NCBI GenBank assembly: GCA_964484945.1 | Contig: CAZAHB010000002.1 | Coordinates: 16-64,015 of the forward strand | Length of the DNA: 64,000 nucleotides | Source: an uncultured Armatimonadia bacterium | GTDB lineage: Bacteria; Armatimonadota; Zipacnadia; Zipacnadales; UBA5352 | Direction of reading: 5' to 3' | Part shown: positions 37,602 through 46,817 of the stretch, piece by piece | Layout: every line of letters begins with the position of its first letter | How positions within the stretch are numbered: the first letter of the stretch is position 1 | Notes under the pieces: model-generated | Database searches by the model: none | What the model was told of the DNA's origin: nothing | Seen by the model: the letters and a program-made list of their open reading frames with translations, nothing else | Program-made: the position numbers and the translations under genes

Positions 37602-39527
37602 ATGAAGCGCACGCTCATCGCTGTCATCGCGGTCGCGCTGCTCTCCCCCACTCTCGCCGGCGCGCAGGATTTCGACACTCATCCGCGCGTTATCGCCGGC
37701 TACACCGGCGCGTTCCTCGGCGACGAGGACGAGCGCTGGCGGGACTATCTGCCGCTGCTGGCCGAGCACGGCTTCACCGCCGTGGACTTGAAGCTCCATC
37801 CGAAGAACTTCCCGCTCGACGATGATGCCGCGATGCGCGAGTTCGTCCACGAGGTAGCGAATTCCGTCGATGAGGCGGGACTGGACTTCTACGTGTATCT
37901 GTATGACCGCGGCGCCAAGCGCGATCCGGAAAGCGACGCTCACCTCCCCGCGTTCATGGCAAAGGATGGGTCGGTCAACCCGAACATGTACTGTCTCTAC
38001 TCGCCGGAGGTCTGGCTTGCGCTTTTCGAGCGCGTCTTCTGGATGGCCGAGCGTTCCAACGAGGTTCCCATCGCGGGCGTGAAGATCGACATCGAGCACC
38101 TGCAGAATTACCGGCCATGTGTGTGCGATTCGTGCTTCTACGGCTTCGCGCGGGAGTGTACCGTGGATGAGGGCCTGGTGATCGACTGGGACCGGGAGAC
38201 GGTCGCGCCCGACCACCGCTGGGCGTGGATCGCCGAGCACGGTGGCGAGGAGGCATACATGGCCTACCTCGAATCGCGCGTGGACGAGGCCGCGAAGCAG
38301 TACGAGGCCCGCGCGCATGCGATCAACCCCGACCTGCAACTGGGCATGATGCCGGTCCGCGACTCACACCTGCACCGCCCCTGGATGACGCACCTGGCCA
38401 CCGAGCGCGCGCCGGCGATCAACGACTCGTGGGCGATGTACGGAGGCCTCGGCTGGAGGGACGCGGTCGCCGAGGTCCAGCGGTTCGTGAAATCCCTCAA
38501 CCCGCACAACCGTTTCGTGCCATGGTTCCGGCCGAATAACTACCGGCCCGAGGACATGGGCCGGCACGCCTTCGTCGCGGCGGTGCAGGCGGATGGGTAC
38601 AACCTGTGGCAGCTCAATATGCTCCACCCCGACCAGCCGCGCTCGCACGTCGCGGCGTACTCGCTCCCGACCGATTACGAGGACCCGATGGCGTACTGGG
38701 AGGCGCTGGGCGAGGCGAACGTGCGGGTGAGCGAGTGGCTGGGCGATCCGCATGAGATCGAGTACGAGCCGATCGAGATGCTGGTGGAGCGCGCGGACAC
38801 CGGGGGCGTGAGCATCCCGGACCTGCAGCCGATGTGGGAGGGGCCGTCCTCGATGCAGGAACCGCGACTTGCGACCGGCCTGCGCGGGGTCAACACGATC
38901 TACATCCATGTGAGCGACCCGGCGGAGCCGATTCGGGCGCTGATCCGTCACGTGGCGGGCGACCGGCGGCCGAAGCCGATCGCGTGGGCGCTGGCGGAGG
39001 GCCCCGACCGGCCAATCGCGGAGGGGCGGGTGGAGCCGGGCGAGACCGTGGACCTGTCGCTGGAGGTGGAGCGAGCGGGGGTGTACGCGCTGGTGATCCA
39101 GGCGCAGGAGGGCGGCGGCCCGTGGTATTCGGTGCGGGTACCCTCACATCCTTACGGAATCGACGCCTCCGGTGAGGCCTACTACTTCCGGCGCAGCCCG
39201 AAGCAGTACGTCTGGGTGCCGGAGGGCCTCGAGAGCTTTCGGGTCCGCGCGGAGACCGGCGGCCACAATCAGGAGATGCGGGTGCAGGTCTGGCGGCCCG
39301 ATGGTGAGCGCACCCTCGACCATGTGGTGAACTCGGATGTGGCGCACCGGGAGACGCTGGAGGTGGCGGTGCCGGAGGGCATGTCGGGTGCGGTGTGGTC
39401 GCTGAAGGTCGGCGCACCGGAGGAGGTCGCGCCCACGCACTACTCGGAGAACTACTGGGTGCGGGTGATGGACGCCGAGCCGTGGCTGGCGGCGCGGCCG
39501 GGGGCGGTGCTGGGGCGGGAACGCTGA
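37602..39527 (+). CDS. Secreted hypothetical protein (glycoside-hydrolase-like TIM-barrel suspected)
   Basis: Signal peptide MKRTLIAVIAVALLSPTLAGAQD. A 641-aa protein with no motif I can name confidently. Confidence 0.45.
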   Translation: MKRTLIAVIAVALLSPTLAGAQDFDTHPRVIAGYTGAFLGDEDERWRDYLPLLAEHGFTAVDLKLHPKNFPLDDDAAMREFVHEVANSVDEAGLDFYVYLYDRGAKRDPESDAHLPAFMAKDGSVNPNMYCLYSPEVWLALFERVFWMAERSNEVPIAGVKIDIEHLQNYRPCVCDSCFYGFARECTVDEGLVIDWDRETVAPDHRWAWIAEHGGEEAYMAYLESRVDEAAKQYEARAHAINPDLQLGMMPVRDSHLHRPWMTHLATERAPAINDSWAMYGGLGWRDAVAEVQRFVKSLNPHNRFVPWFRPNNYRPEDMGRHAFVAAVQADGYNLWQLNMLHPDQPRSHVAAYSLPTDYEDPMAYWEALGEANVRVSEWLGDPHEIEYEPIEMLVERADTGGVSIPDLQPMWEGPSSMQEPRLATGLRGVNTIYIHVSDPAEPIRALIRHVAGDRRPKPIAWALAEGPDRPIAEGRVEPGETVDLSLEVERAGVYALVIQAQEGGGPWYSVRVPSHPYGIDASGEAYYFRRSPKQYVWVPEGLESFRVRAETGGHNQEMRVQVWRPDGERTLDHVVNSDVAHRETLEVAVPEGMSGAVWSLKVGAPEEVAPTHYSENYWVRVMDAEPWLAARPGAVLGRER

Positions 39528-40043
39528 TGTTCGTGCGCTCATCTGGCACCAGCAGACGCCGGACCGGAAAAAGCAATGGCGGACAGCATAGCAGGATGGA
39601 CAGGATGAACAGGAGAGGACGATGGCGGCCGCATCTGGGCCTGCCGGGCGGGATACGTCTTTGCGGACGGTAAGGGCAGCGGTCTCACGCGCGCGGCGCC
39701 CTCAATCCCGAGGCGGAAGCGGGCTCCAATCGGCGGCAGGTGTGGTCGAACAAATGTTTCACGTGAAACATTGACCGATAACGCATTATACCGTTTTGCC
39801 AGCAAAAGGGCCCCGTGGTCGATAACGGTATTCCCAGGCAGTACGCCATATTCCAGAGATCGGGAGCGAGGCAAGCTCAGACGACGGGGAAAGAGTTTCT
39901 GGTGTCCACGTCCAGCCAGGTCGCCGAAGGTCCATTGGCGTCAGCGGTGTGGGGCCGCCGCAGTCCCGCCACCGGGTGGGAAAGCAGTTGCGCGTGGGCG
40001 GTCGTGCAGGCTCCGCCCAGGGCTCCACGCCGACCCGCAGGCC

Positions 40044-41768
40044 TTACATCATCACCGTACAGTCCAGATCAAGCGTCGCGTGCTCGACGGCTTCGGCAGT
40101 CTCGATCGCCACGAACGGCACCTCGTGATCGACCTCGACCCGCACGCTCACCGGCTCGGACGGCGTCGCGCAGATGTGCAGTTCGGCGGGACCGTTGCGG
40201 ATGATAATGCAATCCTCGCGCACCCGCGCCTCGGCGTCCGGATCGTAGTGTAACAGCCACGTGAGTGTCGCGGGATGCGTGGGCTGCACCTCGTCGGCGA
40301 TGCCAACAGTTGGCGACTCGCCGAGAGTAACCTCGAAGGCCCGGCGATGCAGCTTAAGGCCGTCCCTTTCTGCCCGCACTTCCACGGTCATGTACTTCCG
40401 ATCGCCGAGATCCTCCAGCCGGGTGATTTCCGCCTGCTGCTCGAAGCCACCGGTCTGACCTTCCCCATCGACGAGAACGCAGTTGTGGCCGATGGTCTCT
40501 TTGCCGTAGGTGAACTGATAGTGCGTCCAGTAATCTTTCGAGTAGGTCGGGCAGCCCGGGTCCACGATGAGTCCGCGCCCCCCGGCGCGCAGCAGGAAGG
40601 TGCCGAGGTCGTAATGCGTGTGCGTCATCGCGTTGTTGCCCGCGCGCGCCGCCAGCAGGAAGCCGTCGGATTCGGTCAGGTCAGAGCGCAGGATGCCCCA
40701 GCCGGCGCCATGGAATGCGCGCGAAGGCTGAAGGTCGGCGGGTGGCTCGGCCGACAGGTCCGGGTCGTGCCAGATAAACGCCAGCGGGCTGTCGGACTGC
40801 AGGCGGTCGGCGAGCCACTGCAGATGCGGATCCTCGAAGAGGCGGGCCAGGCACCGCAGAGGCGCCTCCATCCGCGAGGCCTCCTGCACGTGGGTGTCTC
40901 CGAAGTTGACGACGTATTTGTCGCCCTGGACGCAGTAGAGCGGGAAGTAGCCGGTTCGGGAGAGGTTCGGAAGGCCGGCGTGGCGGCACTTCGGGATCTC
41001 GTGCAGCCTGTCTGCGTGGCGCCATCGGAGGGTCGGAGGCAGATCATCAGCGCGGAGCCGAAGTGCCTCCATGAGCGGCAACGCGTGTTCCATCCCGAAG
41101 GCCCAGTAGTTGCCACCCTCGTTGGTGCTGCCATCGTCATTCACCCATGTGAGGTAGCGGCGCAGGTGATAGACGCAGCGTTCGAGGATGTACTCGTGAA
41201 AGGGCTCGCGATCGATGAGCAGCAACGACATCAGGCCCGCGCCACTGACCATGACCGCGACCCAGTTATTCACATTGTCGCGGAAGAATGAGAGCGGTGC
41301 GTCCATGTCGTGGAGCAGTGGCTCAACGGCCTTCTTCCGATGGTGATCGGCGATGCGGTCGATCTCGTTGTCATCGACGGCCGCGGCGCACCAGTCGAGG
41401 TAGTGTGCCAGCGACTGTGTAACGACCCCGGTCATCAGTCCGTATCTGCGGCCGAGATCGAGGTGGACGGGATCGCACCAGCAGTCCCATTCGAGGATCG
41501 CGTCCACGCTTGCTTTCGCGCGGTGATGGAAGTCATCCTCACCGGTCAGAAGGAATGCGAGTGCGCAGCGCTGGATGGTGTCCATGCGGCGGCTGGCGCT
41601 CCCCAGGTGGGCGCCCCAGAGACTTTCGGGATCAGGCTGGGGGACCGGCTGCTCGAGGCATTCGCGCGCCGAGGCGATGATGCGCTCGCGCCTCTCCCCC
41701 ATCGCACCATCGGCTGCGCGGAGTCGCTCGAGTTGAGCGTCGGTCACCAACAGGTTGCGTTGAATCAT
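40044..41768 (-). CDS. Heparinase II/III-like family protein (polysaccharide lyase-like)
   Basis: A 574-aa protein, cytoplasmic, with no signal peptide. The alpha-helical N-terminal half and beta-rich C-terminal half are separated by ...AMTHTHYDLGTF..., which resembles the Hepar_II_III catalytic His/Tyr region. Tentative. Confidence 0.5.
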   Translation of the reverse strand: MIQRNLLVTDAQLERLRAADGAMGERRERIIASARECLEQPVPQPDPESLWGAHLGSASRRMDTIQRCALAFLLTGEDDFHHRAKASVDAILEWDCWCDPVHLDLGRRYGLMTGVVTQSLAHYLDWCAAAVDDNEIDRIADHHRKKAVEPLLHDMDAPLSFFRDNVNNWVAVMVSGAGLMSLLLIDREPFHEYILERCVYHLRRYLTWVNDDGSTNEGGNYWAFGMEHALPLMEALRLRADDLPPTLRWRHADRLHEIPKCRHAGLPNLSRTGYFPLYCVQGDKYVVNFGDTHVQEASRMEAPLRCLARLFEDPHLQWLADRLQSDSPLAFIWHDPDLSAEPPADLQPSRAFHGAGWGILRSDLTESDGFLLAARAGNNAMTHTHYDLGTFLLRAGGRGLIVDPGCPTYSKDYWTHYQFTYGKETIGHNCVLVDGEGQTGGFEQQAEITRLEDLGDRKYMTVEVRAERDGLKLHRRAFEVTLGESPTVGIADEVQPTHPATLTWLLHYDPDAEARVREDCIIIRNGPAELHICATPSEPVSVRVEVDHEVPFVAIETAEAVEHATLDLDCTVMM

Positions 41769-41826
41769 GATGCACTCCCGTCAGTCTGAGGACCGTTCGG
41801 TTTCATCGGGCCGGAGGCGCCACTCA

Positions 41827-44742
41827 TCATTTAAAGATGAGGTAGCCGGAGACGATACCGGTGACAGCGCTGAGTATGCGCTCAAAGGTGTCGGGTTTGT
41901 TGACGTCGCGGAAGATGTAGTCCGAGGGCACCAGGATGATGTCTCCGGGCTTGATGTCGGCATCCAGACCCTCGGGAGTAACTTCGCCATTCGCGCGGAT
42001 GACGACCGTGCGCTGCTTCCTGGCATCCGGTGTCAGATCACCGGACTGGTCGATGTAATCGGAGGAATCGAGGCCCTCACGGTATGGAATGGCGCCGGGC
42101 CTGACAACCGCGCCCATGACGGTGACGGTCGTCGGTTTCGTCGGAGCGACGATGACATCGCCCGGTGCAAGCGGGAAGTCGCCCTCTCGCCCGTCAGTGG
42201 CGATGAGTGTCTCACCATCGATCGGCACCGCGCGCGCCCAGCGGTTTTCCCGGAGTCGGCGAGGCGGGATGATCACAGTGTCGGCACCTTTGGACAGTGC
42301 TGCCGAGAGGCCCTGTGAGATCTGCGCGGCGGTACCTGCACTGCGCTGCTCATCGCCCTCGACAGTGCTCGCGGCAAGTTCGCGGTTGAAATGCGCGATC
42401 ATCTGCCGCAGGTCATTTTGCTGTTCGTCGGCGATGATCTCCTCGCGCAGCCGGTAGAGCACAAGGCCGTGGGGGTTCGCGTCTGACAGCAGGCCGCCGG
42501 CGCGCTCGATGAGCTTATACACGGTGTCCGCCCTGTCGGCGGTCCCCATCAGCGCATATGTGCCGGGCCGGGCGACGCGACCGCGGATGGTCACCGAAGG
42601 CGGACTTGCTATCAGATTGCCGGTGCCAAGCACCGCGACGAGATCGTTGTCGCCCAGTACCGGATCCGGCTCGACAGTGAAGGTGTCGCCCTCACGGCGC
42701 AGCATCAGGTAGGTGGGCTCGACTTCGTCCATGGCTCCACCGGGCGTGTACTCAACCTGCTCGCCGGCATTCTCGGTCAGGCCGCCGGCGGCCAGGATCG
42801 CGTCGGACACGCGCATGCTCTCGGGTCGTGGGTACCAGCCGGTTTCGCGGACCATGCCGGTCACGTGGATCTCGCTGACCTCGGCGACCTCGCTGCGGTG
42901 CAGCACCTGCAGGGTGTCGCCGCGCTTGAGGAGCAGGTCGTCCTCCGGATCGCGCTGCAGAGCCGCGGCGAGATCAACCGGGATGAGCTTCTGACGCTGG
43001 TTTTCGCCGATGCGCAGGAGGTTCGCGCGGGTGGTGTAGGCTCCCTCGATGAGGCCGCCGGCCTGCTTGATGAGGTCCGAAACGCGGATGCCCTCCGTCC
43101 AGATGATATCGCCCGGCTGTCGAACCGGGCCCTTAACGGAGACGCGTCGCGGTGCCTCGACATCCTCCTCGGACAACACCACGAGGCGGTCGCCCGGTGA
43201 CAGTGGTTGGTTCTCGGATGGCGTGCCGCGCAGCGCGGCCCGCAGATCCACCGTACTCATCTCGTAATCGAGGTCTTCGTTGAGGCGCCACAGGTAGGCC
43301 TGTTCCATGTGCGCGTCCATCGTGAGGCCCTGGGCGGCGCTGATAAGCCCGCTGATGGTCATGCCCTCGCGGTGTTGATAGCTTCCGGGCCTGCGCACAG
43401 GTCCCATGATGTCGATGACGTTACGGGCCTCTTCCAGCACCGACGGGATGACCACAAGGTCGCCGCCGTGAAGCTGGAATTGCTCATGATCTGCGCTGGA
43501 CAGATCCACGTTCAGCAATTCGCGCTCGCCTTCGGGATCGATGCGCCAGATCCTCACGGTGGGTTTGTAGGCGGTCGCGGCGAGTCCGCCGGCCATCTCG
43601 ATCAGACCGGGCAATGTGGCGCCGGGGGTCATCTCATACCGCGCCGGTCGCTGGATCTGGCCGGTGATGCCGACGGTGGGTCCGGCGGGCCCGACGAAGA
43701 CGGTGTCCTCGGGCGCCAGAGGGAGGTCGCCGGCGGGGTCGCCCTCGAGAAGATAGTCATACAGGTCGATCTGCGTGGGTGGCGTACCGTCGCCGCGGAT
43801 CAACTTGATGTGGCGCAGGCTGCCGATGTCGCTGGGGCCGCCGGCTGCGTAGAGGGCGCTGAAGACGGTGGGGGCACCGCTGAGGCGGTATTTGCCGGGC
43901 CGGGTGACATCGCCGGTGACCCGGACTTCGATCACCCTCGTGCGGGCCATGCCGACCTGCACATTGGCGCGATCGAAGAACTCGGCGAACCTGGCCTTGA
44001 GCATGGTGCGGACCTCAGCCAGCGACTCGCCGGCGACATTCTGTGCGCCGAGCAGGTCGAGGTAGATGTTGCCGTCGGTATCTACGGTCGGCGTGGCGTC
44101 GATGTGTTCGACCGCGTCCGTCCACACGCGGACGGCAAGCTCATCACCGGGGCCGATGATATATCCGGGCGGGACGGCTTCGCCGCGAGTTTTGCGCCCC
44201 TGCCGGCTTTTGGAAGACGGTTGGTCCTCATCTTCCCTGTCTTCCTCGTCTTTGGTGTCTGCCCCCTCGCCGAACACGTTCATGCCGAACCGCGGGAGTT
44301 CGGCAAAACGCTCGCTGGGGGTCCCGCGGGCTGCTCTGGTCTGGTCGGAGGCGTCGCGAGCATCCGTCTGATCGTACGGTGTTTGCCTTCGGAGACGGAC
44401 GGATTCGCTGTCGGAGTAGACGGTCGTTCCCGTGGACGCATCAGCCCCGTACTCATCGCGGGTATGGCCGCTGTCGAAGTGCCACAGTGACGGGTACTCG
44501 GTGTCCCGGCGGTTCAACTGCACCACACGCAGGTCCGAGGTCGGTCCCGGTGTCCGATGGTCTGCAGCCACGAGCGTCAGCGACCGAGCGCCGGGAAGGT
44601 CATCAGCGATGGCAACAGTGCAATCGGGATGGCTCCCGGGAAGCTCCGTCGCCCCAACATGTAATGAGGTGAGCAGAAACGCGATGATGCAGATACTCAG
44701 CAGCGTGGTAACTGTGGTACGTCCCCGTGATCTGTTCGTCAT
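41827..44742 (-). CDS. Polysaccharide export protein (Wza/KpsD-like Poly_export domain plus multiple SLBB repeats)
   Basis: N-terminal TM/signal. The Poly_export motif is VPPGYIIGPGDELAVRVW. It is followed by at least 6 SLBB-like units (recurring PG.Y.......TL..LI..AGGL). 971 aa. Confidence 0.7.
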   Translation of the reverse strand: MTNRSRGRTTVTTLLSICIIAFLLTSLHVGATELPGSHPDCTVAIADDLPGARSLTLVAADHRTPGPTSDLRVVQLNRRDTEYPSLWHFDSGHTRDEYGADASTGTTVYSDSESVRLRRQTPYDQTDARDASDQTRAARGTPSERFAELPRFGMNVFGEGADTKDEEDREDEDQPSSKSRQGRKTRGEAVPPGYIIGPGDELAVRVWTDAVEHIDATPTVDTDGNIYLDLLGAQNVAGESLAEVRTMLKARFAEFFDRANVQVGMARTRVIEVRVTGDVTRPGKYRLSGAPTVFSALYAAGGPSDIGSLRHIKLIRGDGTPPTQIDLYDYLLEGDPAGDLPLAPEDTVFVGPAGPTVGITGQIQRPARYEMTPGATLPGLIEMAGGLAATAYKPTVRIWRIDPEGERELLNVDLSSADHEQFQLHGGDLVVIPSVLEEARNVIDIMGPVRRPGSYQHREGMTISGLISAAQGLTMDAHMEQAYLWRLNEDLDYEMSTVDLRAALRGTPSENQPLSPGDRLVVLSEEDVEAPRRVSVKGPVRQPGDIIWTEGIRVSDLIKQAGGLIEGAYTTRANLLRIGENQRQKLIPVDLAAALQRDPEDDLLLKRGDTLQVLHRSEVAEVSEIHVTGMVRETGWYPRPESMRVSDAILAAGGLTENAGEQVEYTPGGAMDEVEPTYLMLRREGDTFTVEPDPVLGDNDLVAVLGTGNLIASPPSVTIRGRVARPGTYALMGTADRADTVYKLIERAGGLLSDANPHGLVLYRLREEIIADEQQNDLRQMIAHFNRELAASTVEGDEQRSAGTAAQISQGLSAALSKGADTVIIPPRRLRENRWARAVPIDGETLIATDGREGDFPLAPGDVIVAPTKPTTVTVMGAVVRPGAIPYREGLDSSDYIDQSGDLTPDARKQRTVVIRANGEVTPEGLDADIKPGDIILVPSDYIFRDVNKPDTFERILSAVTGIVSGYLIFK

Positions 44743-44910
44743 CTATGATCCCTCTGCCGTGTGGATATCCATCAGGTGGTGCGCGGCCCGGCCCCGTCCG
44801 GCGATATCGGGTGCAAGCATGACGGCTTCGCGTAGCCGGGATTGTACCAGCACGGCTTGCGAAGCGTCAACTTGCCGCACATGTGCAAAAGCGCGACTTT
44901 CCCGGACGGA

Positions 44911-45348
44911 TCAGTCGCGCCGCAGGTCGTCCGCCGCCGCCTGGAGGTCATCGAGCCCATGGCGGATGGCGAAGTCCGCAATCGCCGACTTACTTGTCTT
45001 CACATCGTATTCCGTCAGGAGGCGGAACTTGACCTCCTCGAGCATGTGCGCAACCGGCTCAGTCAGGTAGAGGGTCACCGCTTCCTTGGGTCCCTCCTGC
45101 GCGGGCGGCCGCCCGATGCGCGAGTTGTCTGAGTTCGCGCCATCGGAGGAAGTTTCCTTCTCCCGCGTGGCCTGCTGCGGCGGAGGATCGTTACGCCGAG
45201 GTTGCTCCATCGACCTGGCGAGCACCTCGCCATCAGTGCCGCGCTCAGGCTGCTTTTCGGGTTCTTCGTCCGGCTCATCTTCAGGCTGCCCATCATCCGA
45301 GGTGACATCGAAGAATACGTCCTCGGGGATCTCCGGTCGCTTACGCAC
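44911..45348 (-). CDS. Small acidic protein with C-terminal ribbon-helix-helix-like segment (ParG-like partner of ParA?)
   Basis: The N-terminal 90 residues are Glu/Asp/Pro-rich. The C-terminal EAVTLYLTEPVAHMLEEVKFRL...SKSAIADFAIRHGL fits a beta-strand, helix, helix RHH. Its start overlaps the parA stop by 8 nt. Confidence 0.4.
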   Translation of the reverse strand: MRKRPEIPEDVFFDVTSDDGQPEDEPDEEPEKQPERGTDGEVLARSMEQPRRNDPPPQQATREKETSSDGANSDNSRIGRPPAQEGPKEAVTLYLTEPVAHMLEEVKFRLLTEYDVKTSKSAIADFAIRHGLDDLQAAADDLRRD

Positions 45349-46093
45349 GGTCGATCACCTCCTGAGCAAGTTCGCGGTAGGCTTCGGCGCCGCGGCTGTC
45401 GGGCCGAAGATGCACCAGCGGTGTGCTGGCGACGGTCGCGTAATCGAAGGCGACAGTTCGCGGAATTACCGTGTCGAACACCTGGTCGCCGAAATGCTCC
45501 TTCAGACGGTTGGATACCTCTTCGGCGTGAACCGTTCGCGCATCGTACATGGTTAGTAAAAGTCCCAGGATCTCGAGGTCAGAGTTGGCGCGGTTGCGGA
45601 CGCCCTCGACGGTGCGCAGAAGCTGCTGGAGCCCTTTCATCGCGAGGAACGCGCACTGGACCGGGATCAGCAGTTCATCCGCGGCGGTGAGAGCGTTGAT
45701 CGTAAGAAAGCCCAGGCTCGGCGGGGTGTCGATGAGCACGATTGTGCCCTCGGCAACGCCATCGAGCTTGTCCGCAAGGCGCGACTGACGTCGCTCGGCC
45801 CCGGCGAGTTTCGCCTCCGCAGCGGCGAGGGCGTACTCGGCAGGGGCTACGAGCAGGTTCTCGAAGGGTGTGGGCTGGACGATCTCGCGCAGGTCCACGT
45901 CAGGTGAGAGCAGAAGATCGTGGGTGCTCAGCTCAACCTCGTCGGCGCCGGAGATGCCGGTGAGATTGGCCTGGGGGTCGAGGTCGATGAGGATGACCCT
46001 CTCCCCCATTTCGGCGAGGGCGGCGCCGAGGTTGAGGACACTGGCTGTCTTACCAACCCCGCCTTTCTGGTTGGCAACGGCGATGGCGCGCAT
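45341..46093 (-). CDS. parA: ParA/Soj-family partition ATPase
   Basis: Deviant Walker A AVANQKGGVGKTAS. ParA blocks are LIDLDPQANLT and IVLIDTPPSLGFLTINAL. The start is set at MRAIAV (46093). Confidence 0.85.
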   Translation of the reverse strand: MRAIAVANQKGGVGKTASVLNLGAALAEMGERVILIDLDPQANLTGISGADEVELSTHDLLLSPDVDLREIVQPTPFENLLVAPAEYALAAAEAKLAGAERRQSRLADKLDGVAEGTIVLIDTPPSLGFLTINALTAADELLIPVQCAFLAMKGLQQLLRTVEGVRNRANSDLEILGLLLTMYDARTVHAEEVSNRLKEHFGDQVFDTVIPRTVAFDYATVASTPLVHLRPDSRGAEAYRELAQEVIDRA

Positions 46094-46159
46094 GGCATAT
46101 CCTCCCTTGATGATGCCGGCGGCAGCCGGCGTGCTGCGATCATTGCCACAGCCTGACGA

Positions 46160-46560
46160 TCGACGCCATCTTAGCAGCATAGCGTCATGCCGTCAAACAG
46201 CTTCCCTGTTATAGTTGTACAGCGTTATGCTGTCAGGCCATGAACGAAGTAAGGGGTTAAGACATTAAAACAGGGATCGGATGGGCCTGCGCATTATGCT
46301 GTTATAACATGGAAAGACGGCGTATAGCAGCAGAAAGACGCGTCATGGCATATGGCGCGATTTAGAGGAATAATGTTTTAACAGCATAAGTGCACGATGG
46401 CGAATGGTCGGGCTGAGAACCGCACCTGCTGGCAAGAGTAGAAAACGAGAAAACAGCAAAACGGTAGAACCCGATAACAGTACAACAGCAGAAGCTTAAA
46501 AGGCAAAAACGAGGGCTCGTTAGAGAGGGATAAGCCGGGCGGTGGCGGAGTAGAAGGGAT
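46160..46560. repeat. AT-rich region with iterated ACAGCAT/ATGCTGT-containing repeats (candidate centromere-like/iteron site) upstream of parA
   Basis: GC content is markedly lower than the surroundings. The motifs are ttagcagcatagcgtcatgcc, cgttatgctgtcagg, cattatgctgttataacatgg, tagcagcagaaagacgcgtcatggc and ttttaacagcataagtg. Confidence 0.5.
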
Positions 46561-46564
46561 GGAG

Positions 46565-46769
46565 GGTTTGTATCAAAAGTCTAATGATTGTCTTCTGCCG
46601 TGCTGCGGCTGCCGGGCCTCACCCCCCTGCGATAAACGACATCGCTTTCCCCCCTCTCCCTTGTCCCGCCGAAACGGCAGGCGGGACTGGCGGGACGAGG
46701 GGGGAGGAACGACAACTGCGTCCCTGCAACAGGGAATTATCGCTATCCTTAACTCTTGATACGGACCCC
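46565..46769. repeat. GC-rich palindromic repeat family 1, full-length copy with cccgccgaaacggcaggcggg inner hairpin
   Basis: gggtttgtatcaaaagtctaatg...gctgccgggcctcacccccctgcgataaacgacatcgc...cccgccgaaacggcaggcggg...gggacgaggggggaggaacgacaactgcgtccctgcaacagggaattatcgctatccttaactcttgatacggaccc. Confidence 0.7.
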
Positions 46770-46817
46770 GGGGATGGAGGCGGCATTGGGGCGCGAGTGG
46801 AAGAATGGAGTGCACGA

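Noticed and set aside
45341-46093. ParA-like gene as a BY-kinase (CpsD/Wzc-type tyrosine kinase) of the downstream polysaccharide export genes.
   Set aside because: Walker A is the ParA/Soj deviant form KGGVGKT, not the BY-kinase form. There is no C-terminal tyrosine cluster. The partner is a small RHH protein rather than a Wzz/CpsC transmembrane modulator.
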